Assembly: GCA_041489255.1 (NCBI GenBank)
Contig: JBGPQV010000016.1
Coordinates: 1 to 61,943, forward strand
Direction: 5' to 3'
DNA length: 61,943 bases
Source: Thermoplasmata archaeon
GTDB lineage: Archaea > Thermoplasmatota > Thermoplasmata > RBG-16-68-12 > JAFNFQ01
Shown here: positions 20,401-29,048 of the stretch, piece after piece
How the letters are laid out: each line of letters opens with the position of its first letter
Position numbering within the stretch: position 1 is the stretch's first letter
Position numbers and translations under genes: made by a program
The notes under the pieces: generated by a model
What the model was told of the DNA's origin: nothing
The model's input: only the letters and a program-made list of their open reading frames with translations
Databases searched by the model: none

Positions 20401-22321
20401 CTTCTCAATTGTGGACTCAGATCCTCCAGTCATTTTTTCTCTCGTTGTCCTGCCTGACCCAGTCAGAGTCTTCTCTTCAGTCGAGATCGGCGTCTCTGTC
20501 ACAGATGATGACTCTGTCCGCGACGTCACGGCAGAGGTGCTGTTGCCGGACAGCTCGACAGCATCTTTCCCGTTGACGTGGGTCTCAGGTGACTCATACC
20601 ACGCGTATTTCGCAACCTCCTTGATCGGGCGGCATACAGTGACGATTAAGGCTCTTGACCCTTCGCTGAACGAAGCGACATCCTCGCAACAGTTCTATGT
20701 GGTTGACGATCTCCCGCCAGTCGTCAGCATGGCGGTCGCGAGACCGGACGTACAGGAGGTATACGAATTCGTCAACATCACCGCCACGGTCACTGACAAC
20801 TACAGGCTTGCCGCGGTTCTTCTCAACGTCACAGACCCAAGCGGCACATGGACGAACGCGACTATGTTGGCGGCAGGATCAAACGACTATTACCTGGCCA
20901 GAGCCAATGTCATGCTTGGGGCGTACAACTACGTCGTGTCTGCGTGCGATTCCTCTGGGCATTGGGCATTTGAATCTGGTACGTTCAGGGTGGTCGACAC
21001 TACTCCCCCCGAAGCCGAAGCAGGCTTGGATGTCGTCGTCGAGAGTGGCATGACCGTGCTATTCAACGCAAGCCAGTCCACAGACAATTACCTGATTAGT
21101 GAGTACAGATGGAGCTTCGACTATGGCGGATCGCAGGTGACTCTTTTCGGCGAGACGGCGATGTGGACGTTCGGCAACGAGGGCGTGTACACCGTCGATC
21201 TGAGGGTGACGGACACGAGCAGCAACAATGGGACGGATGACATGCAAGTCACCGTCCAGCCGCAAAACAGACGTCCATGGATAGTGACTATCGGCGTCGA
21301 CCCTCGGAGCCCTGAGTTCCGTCAGGTCGCCAACTTCACCGCTCGTGTCGTTGACACAGATGTCGACAAGGTCTGGCTCGAAGTGTGGAATCCAGACGGA
21401 TCGCCGCTCTTCAACAGGACGATGAACTGGGATCCCGCATCGGGCCTAGCCTCAAACTCGTCATCGTTCACAACACTGGGGCAATTCGCATACCGTGTGT
21501 CTGTCGTCGACCTGGCGGGCCTCTGGGATGCCATGGATGGCTCCTTCTTGGTGGTGGACACCACTCCGCCCGACGCCTTGGCGGGTGCGGACCGCACAGC
21601 CGAGAGAGGTCAACCAATCGAGCTGAATGCAGGTGCTTCGACGGACAACGTGCTCATCATCGACTACGAATGGCGGTGGTCCGTGGATGGACGTCCATTC
21701 TTTGCCGAGGGCCCCGTGGTGAATGTCGTCTTCACCAAGCCGGGCGTCTACCAGATAACGCTGGCGGTGGAAGACTCCTCGCATAACGTTGGACACAGCT
21801 CAGTCATCATCACCGTCGAGGACACAATACCGGCAAGCACGCCGACGGGTCTCACGGGTTTCGTGGTCAGCGGCGGGGTGCTGCTGCTGTGGACCCCGAA
21901 CACGGAAGACGACCTTGCAGGGTATCATCTATACAGGGAGAACGCCAGCGGCGTTCCGAAGTTGTTGGCTTCATTCGGCCCTCCTCAGACGCAGTACATT
22001 GACTCAGACGTGGTCAACGGCACGACCTACAACTACACCCTCCGCGCCCTCGACCTCTACGGCCATCCGTCGGCACCGTCGGAAAAGGCATCTGTCAACG
22101 TCCCCTTACCGCCATCTGGGAGACCGCCGGTTCAGACTGAAGGATTCGACTACGCGTGGCTGTTACTCATCCCACTTGCTCTCTTGGCGGCAGCCTTCAC
22201 GATCCTCTACTTGCGACGTAGGGGCCGCGAACCTCAGTCGAAAGGAAATCGCGAAGAGAAGACGCGGAAAGGGGAACCGCCAGAAAACAAGCAAGAGCCG
22301 GATGAATCAAGCCCTACCTGA
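17432..22321 (+). CDS. Large membrane-anchored surface protein (beta-helix, beta-propeller, Ig-like repeats, PKD, FN3, TM)
   Basis: Signal peptide; NosD-type GNYWHDY..DGIGD; repeated VNITATVTDN units; two PKD-like units; FN3; C-terminal TM followed by RRRGR. Confidence 0.85.
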   Translation: MRRGYIAWGSISLLLVSSLVITTVPEGVQAVTYVGGNIWTDTTWDLAGSPWMVISSITIAPGASLTIEAGVEVRFNSLTGVDVYGNLTILGTAGATVWLRLNGTLPPGWMGIAAHEDAHLQISHSLFEDVEIGFDNPVVSALKTANLLITNVTIVGGNQCIKLHQTVNATLRDISCASSDLGMNSVNTQGTMVNNVTFQFGEGRGLGIQASGDHGLVLDSIVIRTPTSGISIQDATGLSLRNSTVHICDYVSNAYSLRLQNATDISLLGNVLEFCDGPTQDVKWWPLNLTGVDNLTVDGNAFLSASSGPSVSYRFDFDHSPLVIRNRFEQSVGEMILSGAVLWNDTCSGNYWHDYTGTDWNEDGIGDVPFMIMNGTWDWLPMMREGGCYSPSAPPLRVPPGITRITYETMDQTSPQIYHNLVMWRDSGKDEEHSYDIGTESYGELPHGGFLFKDRIVDAVGSAITEYQRSTNRSVERYRPLGAGEGAPQISDRYMIWSYNDILSEAYLSYKDLLTGATHRNSFWAGWPDYDIDGELVAYSAWTGHFTYPPSCDEVRLSSLRDGWTHQVTYFNEVGGDSCPPGAHYQISHVHMAGGSIVFQVDYWTSWTEPPTWFSQEVYLYSIPDDTLTQISPEGAWAYSPDVSDGWAVWLDNSTGDSDIVLLNLTNWKTYRIPRPGEQMYPRIYENIITWQDQINGTWQIFVANLSFIVVDIDAIPNPQITSAPLSIRATVLNVRPTVGVWVEIRKPGGGILENASMVDDGGGACHYTGTYSETGTYTFKVSAVDDRGSWVSENGTFDIRDTSGPRISSYGANPAVQEAGGSVNVTAIVTDESAVAGVWLNVSDPSGGTSNNTMTSSPGDEYYVNSSYVQLGTYVYTIAAKDPFDNWNSVAGTFRIVDSSPPEIISVNIDPNPGELHIPVNISATVTDNLRVKSVTLYVAGPGVNGNWPMVKGLGDGWFLSQSYDSVGLHDYRIVAQDSSGNTKESSGSFSIVDSDPPVIFSLVVLPDPVRVFSSVEIGVSVTDDDSVRDVTAEVLLPDSSTASFPLTWVSGDSYHAYFATSLIGRHTVTIKALDPSLNEATSSQQFYVVDDLPPVVSMAVARPDVQEVYEFVNITATVTDNYRLAAVLLNVTDPSGTWTNATMLAAGSNDYYLARANVMLGAYNYVVSACDSSGHWAFESGTFRVVDTTPPEAEAGLDVVVESGMTVLFNASQSTDNYLISEYRWSFDYGGSQVTLFGETAMWTFGNEGVYTVDLRVTDTSSNNGTDDMQVTVQPQNRRPWIVTIGVDPRSPEFRQVANFTARVVDTDVDKVWLEVWNPDGSPLFNRTMNWDPASGLASNSSSFTTLGQFAYRVSVVDLAGLWDAMDGSFLVVDTTPPDALAGADRTAERGQPIELNAGASTDNVLIIDYEWRWSVDGRPFFAEGPVVNVVFTKPGVYQITLAVEDSSHNVGHSSVIITVEDTIPASTPTGLTGFVVSGGVLLLWTPNTEDDLAGYHLYRENASGVPKLLASFGPPQTQYIDSDVVNGTTYNYTLRALDLYGHPSAPSEKASVNVPLPPSGRPPVQTEGFDYAWLLLIPLALLAAAFTILYLRRRGREPQSKGNREEKTRKGEPPENKQEPDESSPT

Positions 22322-24626
22322 TTTTATGCATCTTGACGAGGTCCGCCTCGAAAGGCTTCAGGTTCTCCGGGATGATCACGCCTTGAAGAGGTTCATTGAG
22401 GCTCAGTCCCTTGTCCTTCTTGTCCTTCCAGACCTTTGAGTTGAACTCGATCAGCCCCTGCGTCAGCCCGCGCATGCCGGTCTCCCAATCAGCCCGCGCT
22501 TCCGGCATCGGCTGATCGTGCACGCTCCCGCCATAGACCTCCCGCCACATCTTCTCCGTCGAGAACGGGGTGATCGGCGCGAGGATCCGGAGCAGCGCCT
22601 TCATCACCTCGTTCAGGGTGAAGCGCGCGCCCGTGTCCCCCTCGTACGCCCTGCCCTTGACCATCTCGAGGTAGTGAGGCGCGAAGACATTCCAGAGGAA
22701 CTCCCGGCACCTGTTTGCGGGTACGAAGAAGTTGTAGTCATCGTAGCCCTCGCGGCTGACCCTGACAAGTTCGTTGAGCTCGGAGAGGATCCAGCGGTCC
22801 GTTGCCTGGAGATTCCCCGCGGGGGGCTGCTCGAACATCGACACGAACCGCATCGTGTTCCAGAGCTTGTTGATGAACTTCCTCCCGCCGGCGATCCTGT
22901 CCTCGGAGATCCTGAAGTCGTCGCCGGGCATCGTCTCCGCGGCGGACCAGAAGCGGAAGGCGTCCGCGCCGTGCTTCGCGATCACAGGCTCGGTGTCGAC
23001 CACATTGCCCTGGGACTTGTGCATGGCCCGGCCGTGCTCATCCAACCCGAGGCCGTGCACGAAGACGTGGTGGAACGGCTTCTCATGCATCACGTACCAG
23101 CTCTTCAGCGTCGTGTAGTATAGCCAGTTGCGGACTATGTCCCGGCCCTGAGGCCTCAGGGTCGTGGGGAAGTGCTTCCTGAAGAAGTCGTCGTCCCGCA
23201 TGAAGAGAGTCGCGACGAGGTTGGTGTTGCTGCTGTCCATCCAGGTGTCGAAGACCCTGTCCTCGCCGCGGAGCCTCTTGCCGCCGCAGTGCGGGCAGGC
23301 GTCGAAGGGCGGCGGGTCTATCCATGGGCGGTAGTATTTGCCCGGCGGCGGGACTATCGGCGCGAAGCAGTCCTCGCAGTACCAGAGCGGGATCTCCGTG
23401 TGATAGTACCTGCGGCGGCTGATTGGCCAGTCTATCGTTATCGAGTCAATCCAGTCAAGGAGGAGCTGGCGATGGCGGTCTGGGTGGAATTCCATCGACC
23501 TCGCTGACCTTCTCAGGTCCTCGAGGGCGGGCAGCTGCTTGAGGTACCAGTCCTTCATCTGGATGAACTCGATCGGGGTCTTCGAGCGCTCGCACATCGG
23601 GGTCTTGTGCACAACATCTTCCTGCTTGCGCACGAGGCCCAACGCTTTCAGGTCCTCGATTATCTTCGCCCTCGCCGCCTCGACGGTCATCCCCTTGTAG
23701 GGCCCGGCGGCCTCGGTCATGCGCCCGTCCTCGCCGATCGCGCTGATGGGCTCCAGGCTCAGTTCGCGGAACAGCTGGATGTCCATCTGGTCGCCGTAGG
23801 CGCAGATCATCGCCGCCCCTGTGCCGAACTCCGGCTTGGCGTTGGGGTGCGGGTGGATCGGGACCTCCCTCTCGAAGATGGGGACTATGGCCCTGTGGTG
23901 GCGGAGCTTGTGGAACCTCTCGTCGTCCGGGTGGACGATGATCGCCCTGCAGGCGGAAATGAGCTCCGGTCTGGTCGTCGCTATGACGAGTTCCCCACCG
24001 CCGTCGTGAAGCCCGAAGGCGACGTAGGTGAGCTTCGACGGCCTCTCCTGATACTCGATGTCCGCCTCCGCTATCGTCGTCCCGCACTTCGTGCAGTAGT
24101 AGCTCGGCCTGAGCCCCTCGTAGACGAGGCCTTTCTTGAAGAGGTCGATGAAGACCGCCTGCGTGACTCTCCTGTATTCCGGCGAATCCGTCTCGAAGTA
24201 GTAGTTGTCGAAGTCGCAGCTCATGCCGATGCGGCGCGCGAGGACGTGTATCTGGTCGCAGTACTTCTGGATCTCCTGCCTGCAGAGATCGATGAACTCC
24301 TCGCGGTCGAAGTCGTGCAGGCGCTTTCCGTGCTTCCTCTCGACGGTCAGCTCGATGTTGATGCCGTTGCGGTCGAGGCCGAAGGGGAAGAGCACCTCGA
24401 AGCCGAGCATCCTCTGAGCGCGCGCGCACATGTCGATTAGAGAGTAGCCGGCGACGGCCCCGATGTGCCACTGGCCCGAGGGGTAAGGCGGCGGTGTGTC
24501 GATCACGTAGAACGGCTTCTTCGATGCGGGATTGAAGGCGTATCGCTTCTCCTCCCGCCAGAGCTTGAGGAGGTCCTCCTCGAACCTCTGTTCCCACTGC
24601 TTGTCCTTCAGTTTCGGCTCGGGCAT
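22314..24626 (-). CDS. valS: Valine--tRNA ligase
   Basis: DTPPPYPSG.WHIG, ATTRPE, DWPISR, DTWMDSS and the KMSKS variant AMHKS. Confidence 0.95.
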   Translation of the reverse strand: MPEPKLKDKQWEQRFEEDLLKLWREEKRYAFNPASKKPFYVIDTPPPYPSGQWHIGAVAGYSLIDMCARAQRMLGFEVLFPFGLDRNGINIELTVERKHGKRLHDFDREEFIDLCRQEIQKYCDQIHVLARRIGMSCDFDNYYFETDSPEYRRVTQAVFIDLFKKGLVYEGLRPSYYCTKCGTTIAEADIEYQERPSKLTYVAFGLHDGGGELVIATTRPELISACRAIIVHPDDERFHKLRHHRAIVPIFEREVPIHPHPNAKPEFGTGAAMICAYGDQMDIQLFRELSLEPISAIGEDGRMTEAAGPYKGMTVEAARAKIIEDLKALGLVRKQEDVVHKTPMCERSKTPIEFIQMKDWYLKQLPALEDLRRSARSMEFHPDRHRQLLLDWIDSITIDWPISRRRYYHTEIPLWYCEDCFAPIVPPPGKYYRPWIDPPPFDACPHCGGKRLRGEDRVFDTWMDSSNTNLVATLFMRDDDFFRKHFPTTLRPQGRDIVRNWLYYTTLKSWYVMHEKPFHHVFVHGLGLDEHGRAMHKSQGNVVDTEPVIAKHGADAFRFWSAAETMPGDDFRISEDRIAGGRKFINKLWNTMRFVSMFEQPPAGNLQATDRWILSELNELVRVSREGYDDYNFFVPANRCREFLWNVFAPHYLEMVKGRAYEGDTGARFTLNEVMKALLRILAPITPFSTEKMWREVYGGSVHDQPMPEARADWETGMRGLTQGLIEFNSKVWKDKKDKGLSLNEPLQGVIIPENLKPFEADLVKMHKIR

Positions 24627-24803
24627 CTGAACGTCTGTGCGCAAAGGGCGCGGAGATAAAAAGGGTTGCGTGGCGGCGGTTGAGATGCCCATGGCGGTGG
24701 CTCGCACCGGCATTCTCGCGGTGAGCAAGATTATCAAAACCGATTTCCAAGGGACAACTGCTTTGACCCCTCCCCCGGCATCAGACTGGCGGGAGCGTGC
24801 AAC

Positions 24804-25412
24804 TTGCCCGAAGAGGAGTATGTGGAAAGCGACGAGGAATGGACAAGCAAGCCGAGAGTCAGGGCGAAGGTCTGCCTTGTCGGGGACGCGGGCGTCGGCA
24901 AGACCTCACTCATCAGGCGTTTCGTCCTGAACCAGTTCGACGACAAGTACATCAAGACGATAGGGACCAAGGTCAGCAAGAAGTCGACCTGCCTCTACGA
25001 CGGTTTCCGAGAGAGGGAGACGGAAGTCGTGATGACCATCTGGGACATCATGGGTCAGGAGGGTTTCAGGGAGCTGCTCAAGGACGCGTACTTCTGCGGG
25101 GCGAACGGCATCATCGCCGTGTGCGACGTCACGAACCAGGAGACGATGAACCGCCTCGACGGCTGGCTCGACAGGACCTACAAGATCGCCGGAGAGGTGC
25201 CGGTCGCGATCCTGATCAACAAGGTCGACCTCGGGGACAGGGGGAAGATTGAAGAGAGGAACATGGCCCAGTTCGGCAAGGCGTACGAGAGCCCGTTCTT
25301 CTTCACCAGCGCGAAGACCGGGGAGGGCGTGGAGAAGGCGTTCGCGGACATCTCGTCGCGGATACTGCGCAGGGAGACGAGCGAGAGGAAGGAAGAGCTC
25401 GCTTTCGCCTAA
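24804..25412 (+). CDS. Rab-like small GTPase
   Basis: G1 GDAGVGKTS, G2 TIG, G3 WDIMGQ, G4 NKVD, G5 TSAKTG. Confidence 0.92.
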   Translation: MPEEEYVESDEEWTSKPRVRAKVCLVGDAGVGKTSLIRRFVLNQFDDKYIKTIGTKVSKKSTCLYDGFRERETEVVMTIWDIMGQEGFRELLKDAYFCGANGIIAVCDVTNQETMNRLDGWLDRTYKIAGEVPVAILINKVDLGDRGKIEERNMAQFGKAYESPFFFTSAKTGEGVEKAFADISSRILRRETSERKEELAFA

Positions 25413-25522
25413 TCGCAGAATGATGATGCGAGGGCCATGAGCTGTATTCTCGGTTCAAATCGCATCCATCATTCCACAGGCAATTTGCTGGGCCAATGAT
25501 GACCGGTATCATGCCCATCTTT

Positions 25523-26086
25523 TCAAAATTTCGGGGTGTCCCTTCGACGGACACCTGTTCTTGCTCGTTCTAGGAGCACGGAGAACATTCTGAACGTTCT
25601 CGGGAGATACTGCTCCTCCTCGTTGACAGTTTTCACACTCTCATCCGCCTTACTAGACACTAGCTCATCCCGTACTTCGAGGCGAAATTCCACGTTCCGG
25701 GCACCTTTCCTCGCGGATTCGAAAACCGTTTCTGAACTGTCTCTAAACTGACCTTCGTCGCAAGATACATCGTACTCCTTTGAATGAAGAGATTCGCCAC
25801 TCTGTGCATTGCTTGACTTTATGCACAGCTTCCTGACAGTCGACCGACCAATTTTGAGTCTCAGAGAAATCTCCGACCACGAGAGACCCATCGCCCTGAG
25901 TCTCTCCGCCTTTTGTGTAAGCATCGGATCTCCCGTTTGTTCTTCTATCGTCGGGCGTCCTCCCCTTGGTCTTCGGACGTGAATTCCTCCTCCTCCTCCT
26001 CCTCCTCCTCCTCCTCCTTCTGAAGAAGAGCCGATTGAAGAGGCGGAACCGTTCTTCGTCTTCTTCATCTTCACCGAGGGGCGCAT
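25523..26086 (-). CDS. Resolvase-type HTH protein with a poly-Gly tract
   Basis: GGRP followed by LRAMGLSWSEISLRLKIGRSTVRK; no recombinase catalytic domain. Confidence 0.55.
   Translation of the reverse strand: MRPSVKMKKTKNGSASSIGSSSEGGGGGGGGGGGIHVRRPRGGRPTIEEQTGDPMLTQKAERLRAMGLSWSEISLRLKIGRSTVRKLCIKSSNAQSGESLHSKEYDVSCDEGQFRDSSETVFESARKGARNVEFRLEVRDELVSSKADESVKTVNEEEQYLPRTFRMFSVLLERARTGVRRRDTPKF
25985..26017. repeat. Perfect (TCC)11 trinucleotide microsatellite
   Basis: Eleven consecutive TCC units counted directly. Confidence 0.95.
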
Positions 26087-26127
26087 GCTTTAAAGGGTCT
26101 TGTGTGATTATAGACAAAAGTGCGTCC

Positions 26128-26496
26128 ATGGGATACATCTCAGAGCGCGTGACGAGAGACGTGTTCGAGTCTGCGAGGCACCTGATCATCGCCGGGCATT
26201 TCACGAGCGAGTACCAGCTCTATAAAGTGGCACTCCTACAAGCCGCGTCAACACGCAGTATTCTCACGCCAGGCACCTTGAATCGACTCCCGCCGTCCAA
26301 GGAGCCGAAGGAGTATTACGCGCGAACCTACCTCCCGAAGGAGCAGTACGAATCAGTCAGTCACGAATTGAAGGAGAACATAGGTTCCGCCCTCGGAGCG
26401 TGGGTCCGGCTTGTGGACCAAGGCGTCCCCGCCCCTGGAACGACGGCATTCATGGTCAATCATCTGCACCGAAGACCGTCTCCAAGAGTCTACTGA
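26128..26496 (+). CDS. Small protein, possibly tandem ribbon-helix-helix
   Basis: YISERVTRDVFESARHLIIAGHFTSEYQLYKVAL and YARTYLPKEQYESVSHELKENIGSAL resemble RHH strand-helix-helix units. Confidence 0.5.
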   Translation: MGYISERVTRDVFESARHLIIAGHFTSEYQLYKVALLQAASTRSILTPGTLNRLPPSKEPKEYYARTYLPKEQYESVSHELKENIGSALGAWVRLVDQGVPAPGTTAFMVNHLHRRPSPRVY

Positions 26497-26863
26497 TGGC
26501 GGGTCGCAGCTGTCTATAATTCTCTTTTTCTGTCCTCTTACTTGTTGGGGTCATGACATCCAGACGAATTGACGGACAAATCCCCCGACTAGTGGCATCG
26601 CAAACCGGACGAATGACGGACGGATCACTCCCGTGCGTACGCGGTGCGGGCGACGGCCGCGCCGCGGGGCAGACGGCAGCATGCACGCCACAGACGCCCG
26701 CGAGGCGAGCTATGCAGAACGGGCACCCGGTGGTACCCCCCCTCCAGCCGATGTTCAGGGACGCAGAACCCCCGCGTCACGCCAGCATGCTCACGTGTAC
26801 GCGCACGCGATCCCGCGCGCCACGCCTGACTGCGCGGGATCCGCACACCCGGGAGGCGAGACC

Positions 26864-28873
26864 ATGATGCCTCTCTCTAGGCGGAAGCGGAGGCAGATTC
26901 AGGAGCTTTATTTTGAGGGCCACAGCATGGATTCAATCCGCCAATATGCCAACGTCGGGAAAGGAAGCGTGGAGGACACCATCGCGCGGTTGAAAAATGG
27001 CCAATATGAAGAATTCGCTAATGTTCTGGAGATCGTCGACGAACTCCGCGAGATCTCTGTGTTCGTTCGCAAGCATATGGATGGTGACTTGGAGAGGTGC
27101 TTCATAGGGTCCGCGGTATGGGTGGCCATCAACGAGATGGGACTGGAACCGAGTCAGGTGAAAGAATGGTCACAGCTGTGCGAAGACCTTTCACCACCGG
27201 ATATGCCTAAGAAAGAGTTTGTGGCTGCGATGATTTGGTGCAAGCGCCTCGAGAAAGAACTCGGCGTCGACATCGCCAGCCTGCCCGGACGCATCGAGGC
27301 TCTTCGTGGGGAGGTTGAGACCCTTCACGGGGAAATCGAGGCCCTCAATGCTGAACGGGACAGCTTGCGATCAGACGTGAAGGCGCTGAAGAGTTCCACC
27401 GAGTCGTTGAGGGAGGAACAGGGACTCGTTCAGGACATCAAGGGGATTAAGGAAGCTCAGCACGAGGAGGAATCCAAGCTCGCTGAAATTGAGGGCGGTA
27501 CGAGAGTGGCCTTGGCGACGGCCAACGTCACGCAGGAGACGCTAGAACGGTTCAGGGTGTTCTCGGGCACGGCGAGTGCTAGGAATGTCCCAGTCGACAG
27601 CAAGTCGATGGACACTCTGATCTCGCTGATTGCTGACCTGGGACCTGATGGAATTGATGAGGTCACGAAACTGAGCGCCCAATTGGCGAAAGAGCGCCTG
27701 AAGACGTCTGAAGCAATCTCACTTCTTACCGGTCTATGGCGACGCGGATTCACCCTCCGCAGAGCCACTGCGGTGGTCCACGCTCTGGGCAGCCGGGGTT
27801 CATTCTCCTCCTCTCTGAACCGCATGACTTCCCTCCTTGAACAGTGTGAGACCTTAGACGCTGCCGTTGCAACCCGGGCTCAGCAGAATGAAGAACTCAG
27901 GAGGAAGGAAGCCGCCATACGCGGCATGATTTTGCAGCTGAAGCAAGCCGAGGCGAACCTGAAGTCGAGTGTCGATGATTTGTCTCGTCTGGAACGGGAG
28001 GCTGGCGCAAGCATCGAGAAAAAGCTACGCGAGTCGGATGCAAGTATTGTGTCGCGGCAACAAAAGGCAGATGAACAATACTTGAAGAAGCAACATGAGG
28101 CGGACGAACTATACTTGAAGAGACAACAAGAAGCCGACGGCCGTCTGAAGACGGCCGAGGAGATGCTGAGAGGGATTCAAGAGAACGCCGATAGGCTCGG
28201 AAAGAGGAACAGGGAACTCAGTGCGATAAACATGACGCTGAACGAGCAGATTAGGGCGCTTAAAGAAGAGACGACGGAATCGACCCGCCAGCGAGACGAC
28301 ATCAAGGGACAGCTTCAAGCCGCACTTATCGTGAACGGGGAATGGGATGCGATACAGACTAGGATGCGCACCCTGAAGGAAAAACATGAACTGGAGTTGA
28401 AAGAGCTTGAGACACAAATCGCTGCTTGCCGCGATACATTAGCCCTCGCCGAGCATCTTAAGCGCGCGCTCGGCGGTGATTCCCCCTCTGCGCGCACAGT
28501 CTTTAGTTACTATGCGGTGGAGCCGAGAACTCTTCCTGGAAGGAGCGAGCCTCTACCCGATCCCGAATGGGCCCGCAAGAAGCTTGTCACGACGGTTCTG
28601 GAGCTGGTGAAGAACGAGGCGGTTCCCCGTGAGGAATTTGAGCGGACCAAGAACAAGTATGAGGAAGAGGTGAGCCGACTGCAGAATGTGTCGAATGAAG
28701 CGGCAGGGACCATCGAAGGACTGAAAGCCCAGATGAACGAGCTTCGAGATAAGCTGAATACCAGCGAAGGGGAGAAACGCAGGCTCTCTTCTGAGTTGCA
28801 CGCGACAGAAAAGAATCTAGAATGGTCGGAACAACTCCGGGCTGACCTCCTCGCCGAGCAACGCAAACGATAG
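26864..28873 (+). CDS. N-terminal HTH plus long coiled-coil protein
   Basis: LYFEGHSMDSIRQYANVGKGSVEDTI is HTH-like; extended heptad repeats; GGAGG RBS; no P-loop. Confidence 0.75.
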   Translation: MMPLSRRKRRQIQELYFEGHSMDSIRQYANVGKGSVEDTIARLKNGQYEEFANVLEIVDELREISVFVRKHMDGDLERCFIGSAVWVAINEMGLEPSQVKEWSQLCEDLSPPDMPKKEFVAAMIWCKRLEKELGVDIASLPGRIEALRGEVETLHGEIEALNAERDSLRSDVKALKSSTESLREEQGLVQDIKGIKEAQHEEESKLAEIEGGTRVALATANVTQETLERFRVFSGTASARNVPVDSKSMDTLISLIADLGPDGIDEVTKLSAQLAKERLKTSEAISLLTGLWRRGFTLRRATAVVHALGSRGSFSSSLNRMTSLLEQCETLDAAVATRAQQNEELRRKEAAIRGMILQLKQAEANLKSSVDDLSRLEREAGASIEKKLRESDASIVSRQQKADEQYLKKQHEADELYLKRQQEADGRLKTAEEMLRGIQENADRLGKRNRELSAINMTLNEQIRALKEETTESTRQRDDIKGQLQAALIVNGEWDAIQTRMRTLKEKHELELKELETQIAACRDTLALAEHLKRALGGDSPSARTVFSYYAVEPRTLPGRSEPLPDPEWARKKLVTTVLELVKNEAVPREEFERTKNKYEEEVSRLQNVSNEAAGTIEGLKAQMNELRDKLNTSEGEKRRLSSELHATEKNLEWSEQLRADLLAEQRKR

Positions 28874-29048
28874 CGGCGTTGCCAGATCATACAAGACGCA
28901 CCTCAGATATTGATGCGGCACGGACAATACCGATCGCTGAAGGTCTTGATCGCCGAATTCCTTAGTAAAACGTTACCGGGCGGACACCCGACCGTCTCCG
29001 TTATTCGAGAAATCTTGGTTCACACATTTCGAAGCTCAGAATTGAACG

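Noticed and set aside
4297-24750. Long antisense or alternate-frame ORFs (e.g. 4297-5637, 8456-9406, 23455-24750)
   Set aside because: Shadow ORFs of high-GC3 genes that already have clear identities.
25452-25461. GGTTCAAATC, a tRNA T-loop-like sequence at the island edge (possible att site)
   Set aside because: The flanks do not form a T-stem, there is no cloverleaf, and no second copy was seen.
25966-26127. Poly-Leu N-terminal extension of ORF 25966-26496 as a signal peptide
   Set aside because: It is just the TCC microsatellite read in another frame; ATG 26128 is the more plausible start.
26864-28873. SMC/Rad50 annotation
   Set aside because: No Walker A, Walker B or signature motif.
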